A stretch of DNA of 64,000 nucleotides from Gracilibacter sp. Its GTDB lineage: Bacteria > Bacillota > Desulfitobacteriia > Desulfitobacteriales > Syntrophobotulaceae. The stretch's first letter is position 1, and every line of letters begins with the position of its first letter. Positions 38,043 through 47,595 of this stretch are shown here, one piece after another. The position numbers and the translations under genes were made by a program. The stretch is from the NCBI GenBank assembly GCA_024637055.1, contig JAGXFZ010000088.1, forward strand, positions 6,828 through 70,827, in the 5' to 3' direction. Under the pieces are notes generated by a model. That model ran no database searches. It had not been told where the DNA came from and was given only the letters and a program-made list of their open reading frames with translations.

Positions 38043-38855
38043 ATGTCACAATTGATTCGGGTAGTACTTGCTGATGACAATAGAGATTTTGTCGAAATCT
38101 TAAGAGAATATATCAGTTCTCAAGATGATATGATACTTACTGGTGTAGCTTATAACGGTAATGACGCTTTAGAAATGATAAAAAAAGAGGAACCGGATAT
38201 CGTTGTGTTGGATATCATTATGCCTCACCTGGACGGTTTAGGGGTTATGGAAAAATTAGATAATGTCACTAAAAGGCCAAGAGTAATAATTTTAACATCG
38301 TTTGGTCAAGAGACTATGACACAAAGAGCTGTTCAGTTAGGTGCTGATTATTATATTCTTAAACCATTTGATCTAGATACTCTAGGAAAACGAATAAGAC
38401 AGTTGGTGGGAACTAGTGAAATAACCACAAGCTATAGCCCATCTTCTAGGCATTTAATTAATAACAGTGAATCAACAGGTAGTTCCAACACTGACTTAAA
38501 AACCTCAAAATCCAATGAGGTTGAAGTGACAAAAATGATACAGCAGATGGGAGTTCCTGCCCACGTTAAAGGATACCAGTATCTTAGAGATGCTATAGTA
38601 TCAGTTATTAAAGAGGTTTCGCTTCTCGGTGCAGTCACGAAAGAATTGTATCCAATGATAGCCAAAAAGTATAATACAACTCCTAGCAGAGTTGAAAGAG
38701 CTATTAGGCACGCTATTGAACTTGCATGGGATAGAGGAAATATTGAATTTATGAATAAGTTCTTTGGATATACTATAAATGTCGATAGGGGAAAACCAAC
38801 AAACTCTGAATTTATTGCTATGGTAGCAGATAAATTAAGAATGTCTGATATGTAA
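38043..38855 (+). CDS. spo0A: sporulation master regulator Spo0A
   Basis: Receiver domain (DDNRDF...[11 protein letters not shown]) and the Spo0A-specific C-terminal domain ([19 protein letters not shown]). Confidence 0.95.
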   Translation: MSQLIRVVLADDNRDFVEILREYISSQDDMILTGVAYNGNDALEMIKKEEPDIVVLDIIMPHLDGLGVMEKLDNVTKRPRVIILTSFGQETMTQRAVQLGADYYILKPFDLDTLGKRIRQLVGTSEITTSYSPSSRHLINNSESTGSSNTDLKTSKSNEVEVTKMIQQMGVPAHVKGYQYLRDAIVSVIKEVSLLGAVTKELYPMIAKKYNTTPSRVERAIRHAIELAWDRGNIEFMNKFFGYTINVDRGKPTNSEFIAMVADKLRMSDM

Positions 38856-38880
38856 CCACCTATATCGTGATATCATCTAA

Positions 38881-38919
38881 ATTCTAAAATCTTTATTCAA
38901 TGAATGAAGATTTTAGAAT
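38881..38919. terminator. bidirectional hairpin between spo0A and the convergent ORF
   Basis: Perfect 13-bp stem (attctaaaatctt/aagattttagaat) with T-runs on both strands. The 3' arm overlaps the last codons of the minus-strand ORF. Confidence 0.55.
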
Positions 38920-39476
38920 TTTTCTATATAATCAAGAATAAGATCTTTTTCTTGTATAGAACAATGGAAGATTGGTTGAAGATTTCCTTCAGTTATCCCA
39001 TCCCACCTTAAATAAATAATTTGTTCATGACTTTTTTCCAGTATTGGATCAGTGTATTTTAGGTTTATTAATATATAATGAGGATTGATATTGTAGTAGT
39101 CAATATTAGTTGGTTCTAGGTCAATCTTAATAACTAAATCTGTAGTGGTATTTTGGGGAATATAATTTACTAGGGTGAATTGATCATTATGGAGAGGTTG
39201 ATCATCTAAACCATAATCAACTATCAAGGTCTGACTATGAAAAGATGCTACAGGGTGAAAGCCAATATTATAAAAAGCAAAAGAAAATATAAGATGCTTA
39301 TCCTCCAGATAAACCTCCGGAGAATTATGAAAAGTAAGGTAGGGTCGTACAGATTCCCGCTCATTATTCCAGGCGGATACAGATATATATACTGTTATCA
39401 TAGATGTTACAGCAAATATCAGGGTTGTTATCGCTATAATAATATCAGAAGAGGACCTGCGCTCGGCAGCAGACAT
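38913..39476 (-). CDS. hypothetical membrane-anchored protein
   Basis: ATG at 39476, one TM (IIIAITTLIFAVTSMITVYISV), then a ~150-aa domain that looks beta-rich. No family recognised. Confidence 0.4.
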   Translation of the reverse strand: MSAAERRSSSDIIIAITTLIFAVTSMITVYISVSAWNNERESVRPYLTFHNSPEVYLEDKHLIFSFAFYNIGFHPVASFHSQTLIVDYGLDDQPLHNDQFTLVNYIPQNTTTDLVIKIDLEPTNIDYYNINPHYILINLKYTDPILEKSHEQIIYLRWDGITEGNLQPIFHCSIQEKDLILDYIEKF

Positions 39477-39555
39477 CAAAAAAACCTCCATCAAGTAAAG
39501 ATACGATTTGAGTAATAGCATTCAATGTTAAATATATTCACGAGGAGATAATTGT

Positions 39556-40098
39556 ATGAAAAACAAAACTCTTGCAGAGAAATGCCTAGTCCAAGAAGTT
39601 ATTTTTGAAGGTAAGATAATCCGTGTTCAGAAAGATACTGTCTTACTGCCCAATGGCCAAGAAGCTACAAGAGAGGTTGTTCACCATCCTGGGGCAGTAG
39701 CGGTAGTAGCGTTAAAAGAAGATAAGCTTATGATGGTGAGACAATATAGATATGCCTTGGGTAAAGAGACTCTGGAGATTCCGGCAGGTAAAATTGACCC
39801 GGGTGAAGAACCACGAACCTGTGCTACCCGAGAACTAAGGGAAGAAACTGGTTATCAGGGCGATTTGAAGTTCCTCGGTGCCTTTAATACTTCACCCGGT
39901 TTTGCCGATGAGGTAATTTATCTTTACTATGCTACCAATCTTGTTTGGTCCCCGTTAAAACCTGATGAAGATGAATTTCTTCTAGTAAGTCCTATACCTT
40001 GGGATGATGCGGTTGAGATGGCACATAAAGGAGATTTGCAAGATGCCAAAACTGCCTTGGGAATTCTGTTAGTGGATAGAAAAAAATTATTGACATAG
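39556..40098 (+). CDS. nudF: ADP-ribose pyrophosphatase (Nudix)
   Basis: Nudix box GKIDPGEEPRTCATRELREETG. Confidence 0.8.
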   Translation: MKNKTLAEKCLVQEVIFEGKIIRVQKDTVLLPNGQEATREVVHHPGAVAVVALKEDKLMMVRQYRYALGKETLEIPAGKIDPGEEPRTCATRELREETGYQGDLKFLGAFNTSPGFADEVIYLYYATNLVWSPLKPDEDEFLLVSPIPWDDAVEMAHKGDLQDAKTALGILLVDRKKLLT

Positions 40099-40157
40099 TT
40101 TACTAATTTCTGGAATATTAATTCCCTGAGGACAAGTCTTGCAGGGAGGTTAATACA

Positions 40158-40757
40158 ATGAAAAGAATACTGTTAGATCATATAAAACAGTATTGGGTGA
40201 TATATTTGACCCTTTCTTGTGTGTATGTAGCGGGAGGAATATTTGGTGCTGTAGGTGTAAGTGCTCTAGGACCGGAGAAGGCTAGTGAGCTCGGCATTTT
40301 TTTCGATAACCTGTTGGTAGATCAACCTAAAGATATTGATTCGGTATTTTTACAGCAACTAGCTAAGGACAGTTTTATAATGATGGCAGGAATCTGGATA
40401 TTAGGTATGACTGTAATCGGTACTCCTTTAGTGTATCTAATAGTTTTTAGTAGAGGATTTATATTTGGGTTTACCATAGCATTTATTATTCATATGAAGA
40501 AACTGATGGGTTTGGGCCTGGTACTATTATCAATGTTTTTTCCTTCCCTTATTGCTATACCTTGCCTTCTCCTGGGTGCAGGACTTGCTACGATTTTTTC
40601 CTTTTTACTTTTGCAAGGAAAAACCAATGGTGAGAGCTTAAGGAAGGACTTTCTATATTATTGTGTGGCATCACTTTGTATAAGTCTAGGAGCTGTTGCC
40701 GCCGGAGTTCTTCAGGGATATTTCTCCATTGTAGGTATTAGATTCTTTGGTTTTTAG
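40158..40757 (+). CDS. spoIIM: stage II sporulation protein M
   Basis: About 200-aa polytopic protein of the SpoIIM family, in the same neighbourhood as in B. subtilis. Confidence 0.8.
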   Translation: MKRILLDHIKQYWVIYLTLSCVYVAGGIFGAVGVSALGPEKASELGIFFDNLLVDQPKDIDSVFLQQLAKDSFIMMAGIWILGMTVIGTPLVYLIVFSRGFIFGFTIAFIIHMKKLMGLGLVLLSMFFPSLIAIPCLLLGAGLATIFSFLLLQGKTNGESLRKDFLYYCVASLCISLGAVAAGVLQGYFSIVGIRFFGF

Positions 40758-40853
40758 GATAGAAAAACATGATTATGTTTAGCAGGCTAGCATAAAATAA
40801 AGGAAATGACCTCCTTATGTAGAAAAAACTACTAGGACATGAGGAGGTTGAAA

Positions 40854-41780
40854 ATGGAGAAGGTCTCTAAGGAAAATGAACAACTAATAGAAGAATATCT
40901 CAATTATCTACGGATTGAACGTGGATTATCTGCGAATACTTGTCGTAGTTATCGTAGAGATTTATATAAGTTTTTAGATTTTTTGAAGCAAAGCAATAAT
41001 TGTATTACTACCTGTAATACTTCAGTATTATTGGCTTTTGTTATTAGTTTTAAAGAACTAGGTCATTCCTCAAAGAGTGTGGCTCGCTACACTGCTGCTC
41101 TAAGAGGTTTTTTTGGTTTTCTGGTGCAGGAAGATAAACGTTCAGATAATCCTACCATATACTTGAACTCTCCCAAAATGGAACAAAATCTTCCTAATGT
41201 CCTATCGGAAAATATACTAACTGAAGTTATGACACGGGATTCTGACCAAAGCCCCTTAACAAACAGAGATAAGGCTATAATAGAGATCCTTTATGGATGT
41301 GGGCTCAGGGTTTCTGAATTAATCAAGGTTAGTTTAAATGATATTTCATTTGAGCTAGGATATCTTCGTTGCAAAGGAAAAGGAGATAAGGAGAGGATAG
41401 TTCCCGTTGGTGAACCTGCTCTAGCGGTATTAGGGGAATATATTATTAAATCTAGGCAGATGATATTAGCACAGAATAAAAAACCTAGAGCAGAAGATAG
41501 AAATACACTTTTCCTTAACTCTAGAGGTAGACCGCTATCCAGACAAGCTATCTGGCAAATACTAAAGAAATGGGCGAAGAAGCATGGGTTAGATAATAAT
41601 ATCTACCCTCATATTCTTAGACATAGCTTTGCAACTCATTTGCTGGAAAATGGTGCCGACTTGCGTAGCGTTCAAGAGATGCTAGGACATGCCGACATCT
41701 CAACAACACAAATTTACACTCATCTGAGTAAAAAGCGACTATTGGAAGTCTTTCGTAAAGCCCATCCTCGGGCAGAATAA
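40854..41780 (+). CDS. xerD: site-specific tyrosine recombinase XerD
   Basis: The EEYLNYLRIERGLSANT start, the RHSFATHLLENGADLRSVQEMLGH motif and the catalytic Y in TQIYTH. Confidence 0.85.
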   Translation: MEKVSKENEQLIEEYLNYLRIERGLSANTCRSYRRDLYKFLDFLKQSNNCITTCNTSVLLAFVISFKELGHSSKSVARYTAALRGFFGFLVQEDKRSDNPTIYLNSPKMEQNLPNVLSENILTEVMTRDSDQSPLTNRDKAIIEILYGCGLRVSELIKVSLNDISFELGYLRCKGKGDKERIVPVGEPALAVLGEYIIKSRQMILAQNKKPRAEDRNTLFLNSRGRPLSRQAIWQILKKWAKKHGLDNNIYPHILRHSFATHLLENGADLRSVQEMLGHADISTTQIYTHLSKKRLLEVFRKAHPRAE

Positions 41781-41817
41781 GTTTATGGTGTGGTCATTAA
41801 GGAGGATATATATTAAT

Positions 41818-42990
41818 ATGGATAAAAGAGTAATACTTATAGTTATGGATAGCGTTGGGATAGGAGAGATGCCTGATGCTTGGGAATATGGAGATGAAGG
41901 AAGCAATACCCTTGGTAATATTTCTAGGGAAGTTGGGGGATTGAAGATACCAAATCTGGCAAGTTTAGGCCTTGGTAATATCGCCGAAATCCCTTATATT
42001 GATGCTGCGAATAATCCTTCAGCTAACTATGGTAAGATGGGAATCAAGTCTAAAGGTAAAGATACCACAACCGGGCATTGGGAAATGACAGGAATTATTT
42101 TGGATAGAGGGTTTCCAATTTTTCCAGAGGGTTTCCCTGCAGATTTTATTAAGGAATTTGAAAAGAGGATTGGCCGATCAGTATTAGGAAATGAAGTGGC
42201 TTCGGGGACAGAGATTATGGAGAGGCTAGGACCTGAGCATGAAAAGACAGGCAAACCGATAGTCTATACTTCGGCAGATTCAGTTCTTCAAATAGCAGCC
42301 CACGAAGAAGTTATTCCTATAGATCAATTATTGAAAATGTGTAAAATTGCTAGAGAGATGCTAATAGATGATTTGATGGTAGCCAGGGTGATAGCTCGAC
42401 CTTTTCTCGGCAAAGTAGGAAACTATACTAGAACCAATAACCGACATGATTTCTCAATTAATCCGGTATCCAAAACACTGCTTGACTATCTCGTTGAAAG
42501 TGAAAGAAAAGTTACAGCCATTGGTAAGATTAAAGATATTTTTGCTAATCAAGGAATTAGTGAAAGCTTTTCAACAAAGGGTAATTTTGATGGCTTAACC
42601 AAAACTATAGAGAACATAAAAATAGAAGGATCATCACTTATATTTACTAATTTAGTAGATTTCGATATGGCGTACGGTCACCGCAATAATGTTAAGGGTT
42701 ACGCCCAAGCGTTAGAAGAGTTTGATGCCAGGATTCCAGAATTGCTTTCAGTAATAAAAGAGGATGATATCTTGATATTGACAGCTGATCATGGCTGTGA
42801 CCCGACAACAGCGAGCACTGATCACTCCAGAGAATATGTACCTCTCCTCGTATATGGATCTAAGCTAAAGAGAGCTGTCAACTTAGGAGTGAGACCCACT
42901 TTAACCGATATAGGGGTAACGATTGCTGATTACCTTGAGATAGAGGTTGGGTTCAAAGGGGATAGTTTCCTACAGGACATTCAGTTATAG
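41818..42990 (+). CDS. deoB: phosphopentomutase
   Basis: MDSVGIGEMPDA and TADHGCDPT motifs. Confidence 0.9.
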   Translation: MDKRVILIVMDSVGIGEMPDAWEYGDEGSNTLGNISREVGGLKIPNLASLGLGNIAEIPYIDAANNPSANYGKMGIKSKGKDTTTGHWEMTGIILDRGFPIFPEGFPADFIKEFEKRIGRSVLGNEVASGTEIMERLGPEHEKTGKPIVYTSADSVLQIAAHEEVIPIDQLLKMCKIAREMLIDDLMVARVIARPFLGKVGNYTRTNNRHDFSINPVSKTLLDYLVESERKVTAIGKIKDIFANQGISESFSTKGNFDGLTKTIENIKIEGSSLIFTNLVDFDMAYGHRNNVKGYAQALEEFDARIPELLSVIKEDDILILTADHGCDPTTASTDHSREYVPLLVYGSKLKRAVNLGVRPTLTDIGVTIADYLEIEVGFKGDSFLQDIQL

Positions 42991-43001
42991 TGATAATTCA
43001 A

Positions 43002-43186
43002 AATACTATATTTAGAGCTGTACCGTAGTAAGCACGGTAAGCGGAGCATGGATACGGAGCGCGGCTAGTTTACCGCTACTTGCCATCCATGGCACTGCGG
43101 TATTTGTCCATCCGTGGACTTTGCGACAGGAGGTCGCTATTGCCGAAGAGTGCTTACTACGGTGCGGGTCCATGCCCATAAAGGGA
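43002..43186 (+). repeat. copy A of a ~180-nt structured intergenic element
   Basis: Aligns with the reverse complement of 61921-62100. By eye there are about five differences across the ~105-nt core (43041-43146). The 14-bp closing helix pairs 43022-43035 with 43150-43163. Confidence 0.8.
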
Positions 43187-43197
43187 GGAATTACTAT

Positions 43198-44031
43198 ATG
43201 ATTTCAGAACAAGAACTTAATAAAAAGATTCAGGAAGCTAAGGGATATTTAAACGAAAGAATCACTGTAACTCCGGAATTCGGAATAATACTGGGCTCCG
43301 GCCTTGGGAAATTGGCAGATCTGGCTGAGAACAGCATAGTAATTAAATATGAAGACATCCCACATTTTCCGGTCTCAACCGTTGCTGGACACTCAGGAAA
43401 ATTAATTGTTGGAAAAATTGCTTCTAAGACTGTCATGATGATGCAAGGACGTTTTCATTACTATGAAGGTTATGAAATGAATGAAGTAACTTTTCCAGTA
43501 CGACTAATGCAAGTTTTAGGGATTAAGAATCTTATAGTCACTAATGCTGCTGGAGGAGTTAATAAAGAATATAAGCCTGGCGATTTAGTATTGATTGAAG
43601 ATCACCTTAACCTTATGGGTGTTAATCCTCTCAGAGGTGCAAACGTATCTGATTTTGGCCCAAGGTTTCCTGACCTTAGTGAAGCTTATGACCACAAATG
43701 GAGAGAAAAGGCAATAGAACTGATGCCGACAATGGGACTAGAACCTAAGCGGGGTGTATATGCTGCTGTGAGCGGCCCAAGTTATGAGACTCCTGCAGAG
43801 ATTCGATACTTACGAACAATTGGAGCTGACTTAGTAGGAATGTCTACTGCACCAGAAGTAATAGTAGCTAACCATGGAGGAATGAAAGTTCTTGGAATAT
43901 CTTGTGTTACAAATATGGCAGCAGGGGTATTGCCAGAAAAATTAAGTCATAATGAAGTGATAGCTACCACCCAAAGAATTGAACAACAATTTGTGGGTTT
44001 CGTTAAGTCGCTGATAAGTATATTAGATTAA
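43198..44031 (+). CDS. punA: purine nucleoside phosphorylase (PunA/PupG type)
   Basis: GIILGSGLG, GRFHYYEG and MSTAPEV motifs. ATG at 43198 follows a GGGAGG RBS. Confidence 0.9.
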   Translation: MISEQELNKKIQEAKGYLNERITVTPEFGIILGSGLGKLADLAENSIVIKYEDIPHFPVSTVAGHSGKLIVGKIASKTVMMMQGRFHYYEGYEMNEVTFPVRLMQVLGIKNLIVTNAAGGVNKEYKPGDLVLIEDHLNLMGVNPLRGANVSDFGPRFPDLSEAYDHKWREKAIELMPTMGLEPKRGVYAAVSGPSYETPAEIRYLRTIGADLVGMSTAPEVIVANHGGMKVLGISCVTNMAAGVLPEKLSHNEVIATTQRIEQQFVGFVKSLISILD

Positions 44032-44052
44032 AGATAGTTGGGGTTATGTAAG

Positions 44053-45365
44053 ATGAATATGGTAGGTATTATTGAAAAAAAACGGAACGGATATGTTCTA
44101 ACAAAAAAGGATATAGACTTCCTAATTGAAGGATATGTAAATGAGAGCATACCGGACTACCAGGTATCGGCTTGGGCGATGGCAGTATATTTTCAGGGTA
44201 TGACTGCTGAAGAGACAGCAAACCTGACATTAGCTATGGCGAATAGTGGTAGTAAGTTAAACTTGATATCGCCCGGAAAGATATTTGTCGACAAACATAG
44301 TTCGGGTGGGGTAGGGGACAAAACAACACTGATTATTGGGCCTATGGTTGCTGCTTGTGGTGTTCCGGTTGCCAAGATGTCAGGTAGAGGTTTGGGGCAT
44401 ACAGGGGGGACAATAGATAAGCTTTCTGCTATCCCGGGGTTTAGAGTGGAGATGGAAGAAGCAGAATTTCTAACACAGATAGAGAAAATAGGGATTTCGG
44501 TTATAGCTCAGACCGGAAATATGGTACCGGCAGATAAGAAGCTATATGCACTGCGTGATGTAACAGCCACAGTTGATTCTATTCCCCTTATTGCTTCTTC
44601 AATAATGAGCAAGAAGATAGCTGCTGGTGCTCAGGCAATAGTGCTTGATGTTAAGTACGGTTCGGGCGCCTTTATGTCTTCGATAGAGGAAGCTAAAAAA
44701 CTTGCACAAACTATGGTAGACATAGGGGAGAATCTTAACAGAGAAACGGTTGCTATCCTAAGTAAGATGGATCAACCGCTAGGTAGGGCAATAGGTAATA
44801 GTCTGGAAGTTTTAGAGGCCATTGAATACTAAAAGGTTCAGGACCACAGGATTTGCGGGAACTATGTCTGGAACTAGGTAGTTGGATGCTTGTCCTAGGG
44901 AAAAAGGCGGCAAGCGTAAAAGATGCTAAGATTACTCTAGAATCTTCCTTAAAGGATGGTACAGCTTGGGAGAAATTTATAGAATTCATTGCTGCTCAGG
45001 GGGGTGATGCCGGACGACTGGAAAAACAAGAACTTGATTTATCATCTTTCCAATTAGTCTATCAAGCTGAGAAAGCTGGTATCATTCAGACTATCGACGC
45101 CAGGAAAATAGGTATAGCAGCTATGCTACTAGGTGCGGGCAGAGAGACGAAAGAGAGCGAGATAGATTATGGGGCTGGTATCTACCTTCTGAAAAAGGGC
45201 GGAGAAAGGGTGGAAGCTGGGGAACCTCTACTACAGCTTTTTTCATCGTCTAAAGAAAAAATCGAGAAGGCCATGCCATTGGTTACCGAAGCTATCATAA
45301 TAGGAGATATAGAATTATTTTCACATTCTGACGTACCAACGGTAATCCATAATATACGAACCTAA
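44053..45365 (+). pseudogene. pdp: pyrimidine-nucleoside phosphorylase split by a 1-nt frameshift
   Basis: The N-terminal part ends ...LEVLEAIEY then a stop at 44830. The C-terminal part continues in another frame as (L)KGSGPQDLRELCLELGSWMLV. This is contiguous in intact Pdp proteins. The junction lies at 44826-44834. Confidence 0.8.
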
Positions 45366-45401
45366 TATCTATGTTAAATATGCATTTGGGAAAATGAACA
45401 G

Positions 45402-45436
45402 GCCCGCTCAGTTATGATTTCTTGAGCGGGCTTTAA
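45402..45436 (+). terminator. rho-independent terminator after pdp
   Basis: 9-bp GC-rich stem gcccgctca/tgagcgggc followed by TTTAATA. Confidence 0.65.
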
Positions 45437-45525
45437 TACGTATTGGGCATGATTTATGACGTTAAAATTGCTTCTCATAAGGAAATATAAAGAATAAGAA
45501 ACAATAGAAACTAGAGGAAATTGAA

Positions 45526-45654
45526 ATGATACAAATATATCTATTTGGCGGTATTCACAGAAGAAGAATTAGTATGGCAATAGTATTCTTTATGTTATTC
45601 AACATGTTATTTGCCATTGTAACTCCAAAACTATTTGCAGATGGCTTATTCTAG
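45526..45654 (+). CDS. possible 42-aa hydrophobic peptide
   Basis: ATG preceded by AGAGGAAA. Translates to MIQIYLFGGIHRRRISMAIVFFMLFNMLFAIVTPKLFADGLF. Bracketed by terminators. No homology evidence. Confidence 0.2.
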   Translation: MIQIYLFGGIHRRRISMAIVFFMLFNMLFAIVTPKLFADGLF

Positions 45655-45671
45655 ACCATAGTGAAAAAGAA

Positions 45672-45706
45672 AAAGCTACTGCTATCTATGCAGCAGCTTC
45701 TTTTTT
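45672..45706 (+). terminator. rho-independent terminator
   Basis: Stem aagctactgc/gcagcagctt (one mismatch) followed by TTTTTT. Confidence 0.55.
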
Positions 45707-45813
45707 GGATTTTTAGAGAAGTTTATTGTTAATCGCCATATTGTAGACAGTAATGTCCCCATAAAAAATTCATACAATATATTGAGCGATTAGTTGAACT
45801 GGGGGAGATTGGG

Positions 45814-46302
45814 ATGAGAAAACGAAAAAAAATCCATGAATTTACGGGCGGCCTTGATACGAGTATGAATTATGCTATTTATACGTATCCTGATAGACTT
45901 TTGAAACATAAACATGCTTGGAAGGTATGGCGGATACTCAGAGATTTTGGATGTAAAGTATATGTTGTAGCCCCTGACTTGAGCATATTTGAAGGGAGCA
46001 AGATTTATCCCGATTGGACATCACTTAAAGGGAAAGTTGACGTTATAATTCCATGCTTAAGACCTCACTTATTAACAGATATCGTAGAGAGTGCAGAATA
46101 TGTAGAAGCTAAATATATTTGGTTTCAAGAACAGAACTGGACACCCGAATTTGAGACACTGTGTAATGAAAAGGGAATAGGAGTTATAAGAGGGTGTGTT
46201 TTAAAACATAAGTATTATAAGAAACCATTTGCTTTTTTTAATCCATGTTACTGGCATGGTTGGAAAGAGAATAAGGTGCCTAGTAAATACGAAAGAGTAT
46301 AA
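45814..46302 (+). CDS. CoA-binding-domain-like protein (YneT/YccU-like, degenerate glycine loop)
   Basis: The layout resembles CoA_binding_2 (KVYVVAPD...IYPDWTSLKGKVDVIIPCLRP...KYIWFQEQ...GIGVIRGCVLK). Assigned by eye only. Confidence 0.45.
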   Translation: MRKRKKIHEFTGGLDTSMNYAIYTYPDRLLKHKHAWKVWRILRDFGCKVYVVAPDLSIFEGSKIYPDWTSLKGKVDVIIPCLRPHLLTDIVESAEYVEAKYIWFQEQNWTPEFETLCNEKGIGVIRGCVLKHKYYKKPFAFFNPCYWHGWKENKVPSKYERV

Positions 46303-46361
46303 TCCGATAGCTTACAGGATCTGAGCAAGATAGCGTAAAATACCGATGTCAGAATAATGTT

Positions 46362-46391
46362 ATATAATTTAAATTTTTACAGGGCATACTA
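46362..46391 (+). promoter_or_regulatory. forespore sigma-F/G-type promoter candidate upstream of dacF
   Basis: ATATA-N15-GGGCATACTA against the sigma-F consensus GYATA-N15-GGNNANAHTR, with one mismatch in the -35. Confidence 0.4.
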
Positions 46392-46425
46392 AAATAGCTA
46401 ATAATTTATTGGGAGGGTTTTTAGT

Positions 46426-47595
46426 ATGCCGAGAAATGCAATCAGATTATTTGTGGTATGCTTTTTCCTTACATGTTTCCTAGTAGGTAATTCTTTACCG
46501 GCAAAGGCAGCAAATATTGAAACTTCAGCTGAAAGCGCTATTCTTATCGATGCAGTGTCAGGAAAAGTCTTATATGAGAAAGAATCTCATAAGGAACTAG
46601 CTCCTGCCAGTGTAACTAAGATCATGACCCTGCTTATAGCAGTCGAAGCTATAGAGCAAGGTATAGTCAAGCTTACTGATGTCGTTACCTGTAGTGACAG
46701 GGCTAGTTCGCTTGGAGGGTCACAGATTTACCTTGAGCCGGGGGAACAGTTTAGTTTGGAAGAAATGTTAATAGCTATTGCTGTAGGGTCAGCTAACGAT
46801 GCTTGTGTGGCTGTAGCTGAGCATATCTATGGAACGCATGAAGAATTTGTAGATATGATGAATAAGAAAGTAACGGAACTTAAGCTAGCTAATACTAATT
46901 TCGTTAACTCTTATGGACTTCCGGCCCAGGGACATTATACAAGTGCCTACGATCTTGCAGTCATTGGCAGAGAAGCGTTGAAACATCCGCTAATTAGAAA
47001 ATATACAGCAATCCAAGAATATGACTTACGTAATGGAGAATTTAAACTCTGGAATACAAACAAGTTATTATGGTGGTATGAGGGGACAGATGGATTTAAA
47101 ACAGGTTGGACTCAAGAAGCCAAATATTGTTTAGCATCAACGGTTGAAAGAAATGGCTTGAGAATGATAGCCGTTGTCCTTGGTGTTCCGGAAGTAAGAG
47201 GTCACTTCAATGAATCAATGAAAATTTATAACTATGGTTTTGCTAAATATACTTATAAGGAATTTGCACCTGCAGAATCTAAACAAGGAGAGATAGTTGT
47301 TCACAAAGGAGCTAAACCAACTATAGATCTAATAACTGAACGAGCAGTAGGGTCAAGTGTTGAAAAAGGAAAAGAAGAAAGTTGCTGGATTGAAACAAAG
47401 TTAGAAAGCAGTGTAAGCGCACCAGTAGTTAAGGGTCAAGTCCTTGGGGAGATAATTGTTTATTGTGACCAGCAAGAACTGAATAGAATTAAGCTAGTCG
47501 CTACTGAAAATGTTGAGAAGGCAAGTTTTTTGGAGATGATTAAGAGAACTGTCTACGAATCTTATGGAATGACACCATCTTTATTTGCTCACTAA
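46426..47595 (+). CDS. dacF: D-alanyl-D-alanine carboxypeptidase (S11)
   Basis: Signal peptide and SVTK (SxxK), SAN (SxN) and KTG motifs. Adjacent to the spoIIA operon. Confidence 0.8.
   Translation: MPRNAIRLFVVCFFLTCFLVGNSLPAKAANIETSAESAILIDAVSGKVLYEKESHKELAPASVTKIMTLLIAVEAIEQGIVKLTDVVTCSDRASSLGGSQIYLEPGEQFSLEEMLIAIAVGSANDACVAVAEHIYGTHEEFVDMMNKKVTELKLANTNFVNSYGLPAQGHYTSAYDLAVIGREALKHPLIRKYTAIQEYDLRNGEFKLWNTNKLLWWYEGTDGFKTGWTQEAKYCLASTVERNGLRMIAVVLGVPEVRGHFNESMKIYNYGFAKYTYKEFAPAESKQGEIVVHKGAKPTIDLITERAVGSSVEKGKEESCWIETKLESSVSAPVVKGQVLGEIIVYCDQQELNRIKLVATENVEKASFLEMIKRTVYESYGMTPSLFAH

Noticed and set aside
39237-39515. Plus-strand 92-aa ORF opposite the 38913-39476 gene
   Set aside because: It is a highly basic, Cys/Tyr/Arg-rich low-complexity translation with no RBS. 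It looks like a shadow of the minus-strand ORF.
43114-43197. GTG-initiated N-terminal extension of punA (MDFATGGRYCRRV...)
   Set aside because: The extension runs through the structured repeat and has no RBS. The ATG at 43198 follows a GGGAGG RBS and gives the normal PunA N-terminus.
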